From Eledone cirrhosa (Eukaryota), in contig OZ024755.1 in the NCBI GenBank assembly GCA_964016885.1, positions 5,828,001-5,892,000 of the forward strand: a stretch of DNA of 64,000 nt, read 5' to 3'. Positions within the stretch are counted from its first letter, which is position 1. Each line of letters starts with the position of its first letter. The translations under genes and the position numbers were made by a program. The notes beneath the pieces are model-generated. The model was not told where the DNA came from. It searched no databases and worked only from the letters and a program-made list of their open reading frames with translations. Shown piece after piece: positions 40,301-55,100 of the stretch.

Positions 40301-43300
40301 TTTTTACCGTGGCACCTCCACGACCACTTTGCAGTGGAATGATAGGGACCCCAGTCCCTATCATTTCATTTCTACAGCTGAGTAAACTGGAGCAATGTGA
40401 AATAAAGTGTCTTGCTCAAGGAAACAACACATCACCCGGTCTGAGAATTGAACTCACAACCTTTCGATTGCAAGGCCAATGCTCTAACCACTAAGCCATG
40501 TGCCTCCATAACATATATATAACTAAACAAGAGAGGACCTTTGAAATATAGAAATAATGAAAAAGATGTCTTAAAATAGGAAACACAATACATAATATAT
40601 AATAAATAGATAATAACAATGACAACTGATATTTAAAATTTCAACTGCTATCTCGATCCAGTGAGATTGTCTTAGAGAAGTGTAAGAGAGCGAGGTCAAT
40701 TTTTATCACCTCTTTCTTGGTCTACCCACTCTGTAGCTTCTATCAATTTTCATTGCCCTGCACTTTTTTATACAACAGTCCACACTGTAAGGTGGTTGTG
40801 TAGGAGACATGGTGAAAAGGCTCCCAGTCCACACTGTAAGGTGGTTGTGTAGGAGACACGGTGAAAAGGCTCCCAGTCCACACTGTAAGGTGGTTGTGTA
40901 GGAGACACGGTAAAAAGGCTCCCAGTCCACACTGTAAGGTGGTTGTGTAGGAGACATGGTGAAAAGGCTCCCAGTCCACACTGTAAGGTGGTTGTGTAGG
41001 AGACACGGTGAAAAGGCTCCCAGTCCACACTGTAATGGTGGTTGGTGTTAGGAAAGGCATTCAGCTGTAAAAAAACCCTGCCAGAGACACTTCCGTACGA
41101 GTGAGACATGGTCTCACGACCATTCCCGCATCAAATGGAACAAAACCGTCTAACCCATGCTAGCGTGGATGATGGACGTTAAACGATGATGATAATGATG
41201 ATGATGTATACATTATATATAATAATAAAAGGACGATTTGTTATGCCTTCATTATGTTTATTGAGTGAGGACATGTATTTCGCTATTGATCAGCTCAAGG
41301 TTCGATCTGGTCCGACTCTGGAATCAAAAGCTCATCGGACGTCTGCTGTGGTAACATTACACTCCCTTGATATATACATTATATATATATATATATAATG
41401 TGTATATATATATATATATATATAATGTGTGTGTGAGTTCAATTCTCAAACTGGGTGATGCATTGTGTCCTTGAGCAAGACACTTTACTTCACGTTGCTC
41501 CAGTTTACTCAGCTGTAGAAATGATTTGCATTGTCACTGGTGCCAACCAGTATCAGTCATTGCCTTTCCCTTGGACAACATCGGTGGTGAGGAGAGGGGA
41601 GAGGAGACTGGTACGGTGAAGTGATGGTACTTACAATAGATATTTTACACTGGAATTTCTTCCTTGATTAACAGGTTCCAGGGAAGCTTTTAACCGGGCT
41701 TTTGGTAATTGGGTCAATCCAACACCGTGCAGGATCCCTAGAGTAGTTTACAATATAACAAAGGATCATTATACATGTTTATATGTGATGTCAATATATG
41801 TTACTTTCTACATGGGGTGATACATGAAGTGTATACATGTCTATATATATATGTAAGTGTATGTTTGTGTCTATAATTACATGTATGTATGTATGTAATT
41901 TATATATGTATACTTTTACACAAGCATGTGCATGTGAAGGTATACACACACACACACACAAACACACACACATATATATATATATAATATATGGAAAGTT
42001 ATATTTAAATTGGGTTTTATTTAATATCGTATATATATAATATATATATGTGTGTGTGTGTGTGTGTGCGCATATATATGCTGTATATAGACCCATACAC
42101 AACATGTTGATGTATAAGAAGCATGTATATAATCTCACCGTGAATATTTTCAAGTGTAAAAATGATGTGTTTCAGAATGTTTATCTATCATTAGTACATA
42201 TGTACTTGCTCCAAAACATTGAGATATCAAAAATTTGAAAGTCTTTTTGATTTTGTAAATAAACTATTTTTGTGGAAAGCCTATGTAAATATGCTTTCTG
42301 CAAAAATAATTTATTTACCAAATGCTTTAATCTATTGCTAGCAGTTCAAATTTAAAATGAAATAAAAGAGACTTACCTTGACCAGTCTGTGAAAGGAACT
42401 CTGCTGCACCCCCAATTGGTTTGGTAACAACACCAACTAGTCCTTTACCGACTCCAGTTACAAATCCGCTTGCTAATGAATTGTCGCTGAGTAGCTGAGA
42501 TGATAAAACACCTTGAATTGGTTGGTCAGCAATCCCAGCAATAGCACCTACAACAGAGAGACAAGACACAATTACACACTTCACATGCCACAGTGAAGAC
42601 AGGCTTCACAAGCCACAGTGAAGACACAGACTTCACATGCCACAGTGAAGGCACAGACTTCACAAACCACAGTAAAGACACAGACTTCACAAGCCACAAT
42701 GAAGACACAGACTTTGCTAACCACTATGTAGGCAACCTATGTAGGCAACCCATCTAGGAAATCAGTATCTCCAAATCAAGCTAATACAGTATAGAGGAGA
42801 TATTACAGTTTTGTCGAACAATTTCTGAAAGCTGAAAATAAGTGTGTGATCAGTTATAAAAGTATTCACTCTTTTGTGACTGTATTTCTAATGAGTAACA
42901 TCATATTTCACACAATTAATAAAGAATTTTAAAGGATTTACTAAAAGGATTAATTAGTTCATTATTCAAACAGTAACTTAGCATATGGTTCTGATATAAA
43001 ACTATGTTTGAAGATTTTAATTTAAATAGGAACCCTTCAAGATGGGTGGTTTTGTTTCATAAGAACCAGAGGTGGTTTTAGCTGGGGTTGGTGTCAAAAG
43101 GGTTAAATAGATATGCACAGTCTAATATTTTGCTATCTTATACAATAGAGTCAATTATTACAAATACACACATGAAAAAAAACAATAAGAATCCTTGATC
43201 TAAGTTATTTTTATAATAACGACATGAAATTTAGAGAAAATGTCACTGGTGTCAGTGATATCTTTCAATCATTACATGTGTGTGGAGAATTCATTTGACG

Positions 43301-45016
43301 AAATGTTATCAAATGATGGAATCTTTTATTTTGTATTAAATGCTAAGTGATATATCTGACTTGATATTAATTTCAGTGTAGATGTTGTCCATCTATTTCA
43401 CACAGACACATGACAAGTTACACAGCAGGTTCAAGCTATACACCTCTGTGTAATGACACATGATAACCTTTTGTGATAATTTTATCACCATCAAACTGAA
43501 AGTTCATGATAGATTACAACTTCATAATGTCTTCTCTCTGCTTATTATTATTATTATTATTATTAGTCTGTAGTGAGATCAAAATACAATCTAATATATT
43601 GGGGAAATAACACCTTCCATTAGTCTTGGTTAGAGATCTCCAAACTTTTTTGAGATCATCAACTCCTTCATAGAATCCTGGAACCCTTCATTGACCCCAG
43701 TAAACAGAATATAAAATAAATAAACAAGAAAGACTAATTATATATAAATAAGAAAGCTGTAGAAGTTGTATTTTATTGTATTATTTTTTAATGGTGGATT
43801 GGCAGTAATCAGTAGAGCGTCAGACAACATGCTTTGCAGTATAGAGTTACGGCCCTTTACAGTCAAAGTTGAAACCCCATCGAGGTTAGCTTAGCCTTTC
43901 ATCCTTACAGGGTCGATAAAATAAAGTACCAGTAATGCACTGAAGTTGATTTAACTGACCCTAACCCTAAAATCGTTGGCCTTGTGCCTAAATCAGAAAT
44001 CATTATTTAATGTAGCTTCTTTTGGTCTGATTTCAAATCCCGCCAAGGTTAACTTTACCTTTCATCCTTACGGAGTCGATAAAATAAAGTACCAGTAATA
44101 CACTGGCATAATTGCTGGCCTTGTGCCAAAAGTAGAAACAATTATTTAATGTAGCTTCATTTCTTTGTATAAATGTCAGGTTTTGATGGAGAGATCCATC
44201 AACCCTTGGGTAGGAGGGGCATACTGGTGTGGACATTGGGCAAAATCCCACACATCTGAGGAAGTTTGTGAGTCATTTCTTGACCTGCTAGAATAACCCA
44301 AATCTCCCTCAAACAACATACAGCTGTCTTAACCCTTTAGCATTTAAACCTGCAATATCCGGCCAGAATTCTCTCACCTCTTTCTGCTCAAACCGGCCAT
44401 AACTGCCTGCTCATACTTACATTAAGGTATTGTTCTCAAAATAAATAATATCAAAATCTTATAGGTTCAATATTATGTGAGGTAAAGTGTTTACCGTGAA
44501 AATATAACAGTAAATACAGAGTAATGTAAATGCTAAAAGGTTAAAAAAAGACCACATTACATAACAGAGTCCTAAATGCAATGTCTGAATAAAAGATTGG
44601 ATAGTATTGGTTGGGAGAGTGCTCTGATTATATATCTCTACTTAATCAGGATTGATCTAGAGCTAAACAACAACAGCAATAATATGAACAACATCTGCAA
44701 AGAACTCACCAAGTAGACTAATTCCAAGACCACTTAGTCCTTGTTTGAGACCATCAGATAAGCCAGTCGGGCGAATTCTTCGATTTTCTTCCTGCCGTTC
44801 TAGATGTCCAGCATCTAGTGAGAGGCGGTCCATATTGCGGGATACACTGGATGCAAAGTTCGTTATAGACGTAAGTGTACCTAGTAGAAGATATAAATAG
44901 ACAGGTATGTTGAATGTACCACAAAAAGCCTTGCCCAGGTTTTGTACCTTAGAAGGAAACTTTCTATGTGCAAAGCACATGGTCATTTGTGACCAAAGAG
45001 GGTCTCTGCCTCTACC

Positions 45017-45087
<71 letters not shown>

Positions 45088-48000
45088 ACCTGTAGAGCAA
45101 TATTTATTATTAGTACAGATTAAAGTTTAAGCAAAGAATCTCTGCTTTCACCCTATTACATGATCTTCTGAAACTATACATGTTACCAGTCAGTGAAGTA
45201 ACATTAAGTATACAATATAGAATGAAAAGAAACATTAAATGACATACCTGCAGTAACATTTCTCAGCAATGAAGACATTCCTTGGGACACACCTGTAAGG
45301 AAGGCTCCAGGCCCTTGTGTTAAACCTGTAATTGGTAGCTTGAACAAATCAGCCACACCTGTGCCAATATTGCGAACAAGGCCTGTAGGGTTACCAAGTA
45401 TCTCCAAAGAACCAACAACAATTCCTGGAAAACAAACAAACAAATAAATAAATAAGAAGTAGAGATGAGGTGTGATGAGATGTGATGTGATGAGAGGAGA
45501 TGTGATAAGGCAGGAATGAAGATAAAGATTTTCTGGTAGAGATAACAGATGAGATGTAATGTGATGTGATGAGGTAGAAATGACGATAAAGTTATTACCA
45601 TAGCAGTGAAAGATGAAATGAGATGTGAGGTGATGAGGTAGAAATGTTAACATCAGTATGAGTGGCCAGTTATGGCTGGTTTGAACAGAAAGAGGTGAGA
45701 GAATTCTGGTCAGATACGGTCGGTTTAAATGCTAAAGGGTTAAATATCAAAAGACTTACCAGCACGAAATAAAGCTCCGGATGCGTAATGCATAGTAATA
45801 GATCGTATGAGATGTTGGGACGATGTAAATATTTCATTCTTTTCAAACTTGCCAAATGATAACGGTGAATGGTCGGATGCAATGAAAAGCTTCAATGATG
45901 CATGGACACTGAGTAATGTGTTGATGGGATGGATGCACAAATACTGCATTCTGATGGGGGTGTTATGCACTTTTGCAGCCTGCAGCAACGACTGCGGCAA
46001 ATGTTTTAGGCTGTTAGATTCTTGAGGTTCACTGGAGAGAGGAGTTGGAATGAATGCATGAAGCTCTTTGAAAAGACGATAAATGAAAGCATCTTCCACA
46101 AACAGAGCTAAAGGCTGTACGGAAATATCTAGAGCCCTGATGAAGGAACCAGAATTTTGAGAAACATCACTCTCCAAGACTAGTTGTAAATGTAGGAAGC
46201 TATCAGATTTTAGAATAGCATGCTTCTCCACTGCACTCATATGACTCTCAATTGTTGGTGACGTCTTTTTGGATGAAGCTGGAGACTGCTGACGGATGAG
46301 AATGACTGGAAAATCATACTGTGCTCTGTGAAATAGTTGATTATCAATTTGGATGTCACCAATGCAAAGGCTACTACAAGATTTCGACATTTGCAACATC
46401 TGTGATGGGAAGTTCGTTGCTGGATAGTGAGCCAAGAAAAGGTTTGAGAGGGATATACATAAGATTTCACCAATTATATCAGAGGAGCTCATTTCATCCA
46501 GTATGATAATACAGACATTTTTTAGTAAACAACCACAATTGAAACAAATGTCCCACTTGGGTTCTACTGTTGACAACATGTTAGCCTTCTGTAAGGACAT
46601 GACAGATGAATATGTTAACGATTTCTTCATAGATTCCTTCGTGCCTGATGTTATTTGGTCTTTGATGAGGACAGTGGTTTCTCGACCTTTTATTCGACTG
46701 CGGATTTCTTTTGCAGATATGTCTGCTTTGCTGACCGGTTCCAAAATTAAATAAGTTGTCATGTTAACCCTTTCCACGTGGACTTTGATGTCAGAAAAGT
46801 TTGGTATACGAAGAAAAGTATCGTAATGTGACAAAATATCAATTCCATTGCTCCACTGAGCTTTTGTACGTCCACAACTATCATCCAGCGATGACACACC
46901 AATGTGAAGCTTTGGCAGTATTTGACCCCCTGGCATTTCGGGGAAGATAGAGTTTATAAAAGGCAAGGTGTAATACACACACTTGCCAGAATCTATCGTA
47001 GGAAGAACATCCAGATATTCAGTTTCTTCTACAACTGTTACATCTATTTAGACGAAAAAAAAAAAATAAAAAAAGAATAAAAAAGAAAACAACAACGATA
47101 AATCCAAAGGAAAAATTAAATTAATTTAAATCACAGTAAATTTAAAATAAGCATCAACATTGAGTATAAAAAATATTCTTATATATTGGGTATATGAACA
47201 AAATTTGTACAGCACCAAGTTTGTTCCATCTTTGGGGTTTATATGTCCAATTTATAAAACTATTTATCATAGTCAAACAATATTGAAGCTTCTTTTAAAT
47301 TCATACTTCCTATCTCGCTCAACGATTCTATAAAATAGATTGCGTAAATTACAGTATTTTCTCATGTATATATTGAGAAATTTTGAATTAAAATTGAGGG
47401 CAAAAATGGTGAGTTATCCATGAGTACAGATTTTCAGAAATTTTTTTATTGTGCTTAAAGATGCTCATTTTAAACGGCAAGATTGCAAATATGTGTTGAC
47501 AACAACTGTTTACAAATGGTATTTGATGCACCAGCAATATTGGTATATCAAATACCGTTTGATATACCACCAATATTGGTTATTTAGGAATTATTTAATA
47601 AAACAAAGAAGAAAGACAAGAAATTCAAGAGTATATAATCCCTACCACTGATGCTGAGATTCATTAAAGTTTGCCCATAGGTGACTGGGAAAGAGCAACA
47701 GTTTGAAATCAAGCATCCAGGAGATATATCCTGCTCCACTACAAAGTATGTGAGTCCTCCATCTGTATGACCACTGATAACCAAGGGACGAGTTGTTGCA
47801 TAGTCACTGACTTTTATTGGTACAGAAGTTGTGAGACGAACTCCAGCTTTACTGGAAGTCATTCTCATGGTAAAAGACCAGGCAGCATCATCTATGGAGT
47901 AAAAATGGAAAATAATAATAATAATAGATTTCTGTAATGTTAAATTAATTATCATTTTTATATCCCTTTTTCCATGTTAGCATTGGCTGGACATCACGAT

Positions 48001-51000
48001 CTCAATATTTTTCAGGTTGGGTGTGCAATGTCAATGTGCATGATTGACCAAGCATAGACGAGTTGAGAGAGAAACTGGGTATAAGAGGGATAAGCTGTAG
48101 TATGCAGGAGAGAAGACTGCGATGGTATGGACATGTGATGCACATGGAGGATGACCGCTGGGTAAAGAAGTGCAAAGAAATGCCAGTAGAAGGAAGGTGC
48201 AGTAGAGGAAGACCATGAAAAACATGGGCGGAGGTGGTGAGAGCAGACTTCAGATCGTTGAAGCCCACAGAGGAGATGACAAAGGACCGTGACGAATGGA
48301 GAGAAGCTGTGCTGCAAGCAGGGAAAAGTGGATGTAAAATGATGATGTTGATGATGTCTGGGTGCATTTATCATGTCACCAGAACTAGAGAGGCTGTCTG
48401 CTAGGACTTAAGTGTCCTCTTTACACTGCATCAATTTCTGTTTAGAGTGACAGTTCCGCTAGACAGATTGTCTTCACTATGCCTTACAGAGTCGATGTCT
48501 CCTCCATGCAAGTATTTATTTGATGTTACTGCTCTCCAAGACAGGTTGCCTTAGCTACAGTTGGTAGAGTCCACAGCTACTCAAAATGAAATAATTAGGG
48601 TTTTTTTTTTAACCCTTTAGCATTCACATTAATCTATATTTACTATTATTTTTACTATTATCTCACATAATATTGAATCTAAGAGATTTTGATATTATTT
48701 ATGTTGAGAACAATGCATTAACATCAGTATGAGTGGCCGGTTATAGCCAGTTTGAACAGAAAGAAGTGAGAGGATTCTGGCTGGATACAGCTGGTTTAAA
48801 ATGCTAAAGGGTTAAATCATCAAACTAAGAAAGTAGAAAGATAGAGGCACATGGCTTAGTGGTTAGAGCTGTAGAAATCAAGCCAGAATCAGTTCCCGTC
48901 CCACCCTTGCAAGCAGGGAAAAGTGGACGTAAAATTATGATGATGAAGATGATGATATTGATTGTACTTTCATACCTATAGGTTCTGCATCATGCCATTG
49001 TTGTTTGTTGTTTTTATCAATCTCTCGCAGTCGAATGTAATGAACAAAATTATTCTTCTGATTGAAATCAAAACCTTGATGTTTTTCTTGTAACATAACT
49101 GTCCATGATGAAATAGGACTCAAATTCTCTGCCTCTTTAGACTGGCTGTGGCTTGGAATATTATATTGTTCTATTTCCTTAGGAAGAGTAACCTAAAATA
49201 ATTCCAAAACCATAAAAGTAATTTTATTCAAAAGAAATAAGTAGTTTACAAATGAAATACTAGTCTTAGTCCTTTTGAAACCAAACTGCCAGAAACTGAC
49301 CCTGGTTCTATAATACTAAGTGACTATATTTATTTTCAAAAACTTCCATCATAGTTTTAAGTAAGTCCCTTTGTTACGTTATGTTCCAAAAAACAGCTTA
49401 ACAACGAAAAATATAAGGTTTATTATGGATTGGCAGTATCGGTAGAGAGTCGGGCGCCATGCTTTGACGCATAGAGTTATGGCCCTTGCCATTCTGAGTT
49501 CAAATCCTGCCGAGGTTAACTTTGTCTTTCATCCTTACAGGGTCAATAAAATAAAGTACCAGTAATATACGGGGTAATTGATGGCCTTGTGCCAAATGTA
49601 GAAACAATTATTAAATCTTTCTAAATACCTGATCATTTTCAAAATTATTAGAAAATTACAGATGTTGCCTTTTATTAGAAATATGATTCTGAGAGGATTA
49701 AAGTGAAGTTTCTAGGGTATCAATATTATAGTAACAGTTTGTTACAGAATCATAAATGTTTATATTTTTAGAAAAAAAAAAGGTAATATAGAGTTGTTGT
49801 TAATCCCTGATTCTAATGGTATTGATGACACAAATAAAATACAACTGGGAATTGATACCTGTCTGTAATGATAGGGAAACTTTTAAGAATACAATGAGTA
49901 AAGATAGACTTTATAATGTTGAAGAGAAGAAATTTAGGATGAAAAACTAGGTTGATATTCAATTGAATATAAAAAAAAAAAAAGAGGTATTTAAAAAAAG
50001 GAAATTTTTATTATGCATTCTGTGAAGTATGCTGTGTATATCCAGTTTAGAATAGGTACACTGTATCCTTGCATGTCATAAGAAGCAACTAAATGGTTAA
50101 CACCAGGATGGGCATCTGGTTGTAAAAACATTGTCTCAAAAAGGGCCCCCATGGCATACATAAAGCCCATAATGGGACCTGCAAAGCTACTATTCTTCTT
50201 GACAAGCAAGGTTGGGTAAGGGGTGCATATTTCAATCATATTCTGGTTTTGGCATGGTTTTCTAGAGCTAGATGCACTTCCTAATGCCAATCACTTCACA
50301 GAGTGTACTGTTAGGTTTGAAACTGCAACCACAGAATCGGTAATATAGTTATAGGTAATAATTGAAAACCCAAAAAAAAGGGCACTTACCTTGCCATATC
50401 CCAATGGAACACAGAGCGTTTGAATTTGATAGGCGGTTCCACTCAGGTTTGTTATAGAAAACCGCTCTGACACTGAAATGACCCTTATGTTGTTATGTAT
50501 TGATGAATTTACAGTGAAGAAATAAGCCTGAAATGAAAGTATTACAATAATGTAGTATACATCAAAAGTGTTAAATAAGAACATGTATCAGAAATAGACC
50601 TGGAGAGGGATGGCCTCTACCAGGCTTAAAATGCAGAAGAAACACTGTATGTCAATACGGCGTCCCTACGAGTCTCTCAGAAGTTACGGGACCATATCAA
50701 ACATTAATTCCTGACAAGACCAGAATGTTTTTTCTCTGAGAATTTCCCATACTCTGAGGAAGGGCTAAAACTAAATGAATATACTGAATATATCATCACT
50801 ACCATTAGTTAACATTCTGGGAAAATGGACATTAAATGATGATGATGTTAGCTGGACAACTGTGTCTTAGATAAATGGTAAAGTCACAGATATGAGGCTG
50901 CCTATCTTAAACAAAAATTAATGTAGAATTATTGGAATTGTCTTTCCTTGGAAATATTGTAAAGAAAGGTTTAAGAGATAAAAAGAAAACTTAAGCTTAC

Positions 51001-52093
51001 CACTTTGTTGCTAGCTGTCATATCGGAGAAAATTGCAGTGTGTACAAAACCATCTGTATACAGTGTTTCACCAATATCTGTTCGGTATCTCCTAGCAGCA
51101 ACGTCTTCATCGGAAAGTGGAATCTTCCCAGATGTTAACAATTCACTAGAAGTCACAAGACCAAGCTGGAAATATTCCTGAAAGTATAAATATGTAAAGA
51201 TTTTGTTCAATGTCTGTGAGAATAAATGAATGAATGAGAGAGAGAGAGAGATATTCTGCAACATCTCTTGTGCATTTGCAGTTTACACAATGTACATCAT
51301 ATATAATCGTTACATTCTAGAGAGAAATGAAGCAAGCATGCTCCGTTGGATGTGCAATGTCAACGTGCATGAATGACCAAGCATAGATGAGTTGAGAGAG
51401 AAACTGTGTATAAGAGGTTCCTTTTAGCTAGAATTTTTGTTTCGGAATGGTCCTTGTCTAGCAAGTGGACTTATTCTGAGACAGTGTGTGGAAACTAAAA
51501 TGGTGGAAGAGTCATTTTAGTCACAATTGTACATGTCTGGCAGATGACTTCATCAGAGACTGTGCGTTGAAATTAGGCCGTCCTACCCATGCTAACGTGA
51601 AAATGGACTCTAATCGATGATGATACAGTCACACCTGAGGTCCTTGAAGATGACACAAATGACAAGGTGAAAAAGCCAAAGTTCCACATACCTGAATTCC
51701 AGTAGGTGTGAAAGTAGCATCACATGGAATGTTCCATTGTTGATTATAGGGTGAAATAACAAGTAGAGGTGTGTTAGTGTTATTAGTGAAGAGGTATGAT
51801 GGTACTATGTCTAGCAATACAGTGCTGCACCCAGGCCAATACTCAGTCAAGCTGATATCAACATCAATACTAAATGCATCATGTTTTGACAAAACTGGTT
51901 TGCTACATGATATGGCAGGGTTAACATTACGGGATTCTTTCACTGGAACAACATCTCGGTACCTGAAATTATATAAAAAAAAGCAACATTATCTATCTCT
52001 CTCTTTTTCAAATGTTTTATGCCTATTTTTCAGCCTGCTCCCTCTTAAATCATGAAAATCTGTCCAGCCTATGGCAACAGGGAGAGCAGATGT

Positions 52094-52129
<36 letters not shown>

Positions 52130-55100
52130 GGGCGGTGGATTGGCAGTATCGGTAGCGGGTCGGACGCCATGCTTTCCAGCGTAGTTACGTCCCTTTATGA
52201 TCTGAGTTCAAATCCCGCCGAGGTTGACTTTGCCTTTCATCCTTACGGAGTCGATAAAATAAAGTACCAGTAATGCACTGGGATAATTGCTGGCCTTGTG
52301 CCTAAAGTAGAAACAATTATTATTATTAAGGGCAGTGGATTGGCAGTATCGGTAGAGCATTGGGCACCATGCTTTGCAGCATAGAGTTATGGCCCTTTAT
52401 GTTCTGAGTTAAAATCTCACAGAGGTTAGCTTTGCCTTTCATCCTTATGTGGGGTCGATAAAATAAAGCACCAGTAATGTACTGGGGTCGATTTAATCGA
52501 CTTTCCCCTCCCCTTCAAATTCAAACAGTTCGGTATAAGCAAGACACGGTCACCTGACCCATCTTGCCTCAAATTGGAAAACCTGTCTAACCCATGCTAG
52601 TGTGGAAAGTGGACGTTAAACGATGATGATGATGATGATGATGATCACCAGATAGCAAACAAAGTGATATATAATATGTAAAAAAACCCTTACTTATCAT
52701 GAATTTTAATGTATGGCCATTTTGCTGGTCCTGTATCCTTCTGCCAATCAACAAGTAAGGTTTCAATGTTTACAGGATTTGAAATAGGAGCTCTTTTAAC
52801 CTGTTCTATCATTCCAGTTGAGATAGCCATTGCTGGAGTTGATTTCTGTAAATTTTCACTGAAGGAAAAATATAAAAATTTGTAAATTAAAGACAAAAGC
52901 AGCATGAAAAATAATTATAGATCAGACATGGATCAGAACAATATGACTAAGCTTTAAAAAAAGAACAACAAAACATGTTATTTATCTGTTCCTACCAATG
53001 TGTACAAACCCAGCCAGAGTTATAACTCATTATGCATTTGTTAATTACTGAACAACCAGCCGTACTAACATATACAAGTAATATACTACTGAGATAAACT
53101 ATGTATATAGTAAACGAGAAAATGATGGATAAAATATCTACATTAAATGTACCCTAGTTGAAATATTAAGCAATTTATCTACATCAACCCTTTAGCATTT
53201 AAACCGGCTGTATCCGGTCACAATTCCCTCACCTCGTTCTGTTTAAACCGGCCATAACTGGCCACTGATACTGATGTTAAAGTATTGTTCTCAAAATAAA
53301 TAATATCAAAATCTCGTAGATTCAATATTATGTAAGATATCATGTGAGATAAAGCCTCTACTGTGGAAATACAACAGTATAAATATAGAGTAATGTAAAT
53401 GTTAAGGGGTTAAACTTACCCTAGTTGAAATGTTAAGGAATGTACAATATCACCACCGAGACAAGACAGCTGGAAAGGTTGGCCTTCACTTGGAATTTCA
53501 ATTTGTTGTAAATTTCCAAGCTTTGGTGTTTCTAGATCAATATAGAGTGGCTGAGGCAAATGGGACTTCAGAACAAACAGGGGTGATAGGATAATCTATA
53601 GAGAATAGAACAGTTGTGGTGGTGAACACTATATAGAGAATAGAACAGTTATGGTCGTGAATACAATATAGAGTATAGAACACTATATAGAGTATAGAAT
53701 AGTTATGGTAGTGAACACTATATAGAGTATAGAATAGTTATGATGGTGAACACTATATAGAGAATAGAACAGTTATGGTCGTGAATACAATATAGAGTAT
53801 AGGACACTATATAGAGTATAGAATAGTTATGGTAGTGAACACTATATAGAGAATAGAACAGTTGTGGTGGTGAACACTATATAGAGAATAGAACAGTTAT
53901 GGTCGTGAATATAATATAGAGTATAGAATAGTTATGTTAGTGAACACTATATAGAGTATAGAATAGTTATGGCAGTGAACACTATATAGAGTATAGAATA
54001 GTTATGTTAGTGAACAATATATAGAGTATAGAATAGTTATGTTAGTGAACAATATATAGAGTATAGAATAGTTATGGCAGTGAACACTATATAGAGTATA
54101 GAATAGTTATGGCAGTGAACACTATATAGAGTATAGAATAGTTATGGCAGTGAACACTATATAGAGTATAGAATAGTTATGGCAGTGAACACTATATAGA
54201 GTATAGAATAGTTATGGCAGTGAACACTATATAGAGTATAGAATAGTTATGGCAGTGAACACTATATAGAGTATAGAATAGTTATGGCAGTGAACACTAT
54301 ATAGAGTATAGAATAGTTATGGCAGTGAACACTATATAGAGTATAGAATAGTTATGGCAGTGAACACTATATAGAGTATAGAATAGTTATGTTAGTGAAC
54401 AATATATAGAGTATAGAATAGTTATGGCAGTGAACACTATATAGAGTATAGAATAGTTATGGCAGTGAACACTATATAGAGTATAGAATAGTTATGGCAG
54501 TGAACACTATATAGAGTATAGAATAGTTATGGCAGTGAACACTATATAGAGTATAGAATAGTTATGGTAGTGAACACTATATAGAGTATAGAATAGTTAT
54601 GTTAGTGAACACTATATAGAGTATAGAATAGTTATGTTAGTGAACACTATATAGAGTATAGAATAGTTATGGTAGTGAACACTATATAGACTAATGAATT
54701 AAAAAAAATAAGAATAAAACTTCTTAACTTACCAATTTCTGGATAGCTAAGCCATAGTCCTGGGAGTATATGTGGCACCACAGATGGATGTATTGGTTCT
54801 TTACAAGTATTGGAATCTGTGGCAGCAAAAATATACAATAAAAAAAACAATAGACACATGAATAAGAACATGTAGCAGGGCTGGAGTAAGGGAATGGCAA
54901 AGGGCCAGACAACATGACAATATTCCCATTTCGTTGGGGTAGGCTCTTCATCTGGGATGTTACATGCTGTGCCGCCTATGTCACCTTCTCTAGCGATAAC
55001 CTGGTGTGTTCAACTACCAACCCAGGCTTCACTAACTGCCAGGCTGAAGGGGATAAAATGTCATAACCCATATCAGCTGCTCTCTGATAGATTTGTGGTG

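Noticed and set aside
45740-46978. 412-aa ORF as a standalone intronless gene
   Set aside because: It is internal exon 20 of VPS13B: the frame stays open upstream to an acceptor at 47044 and there is a GTAAGT donor at 45759.
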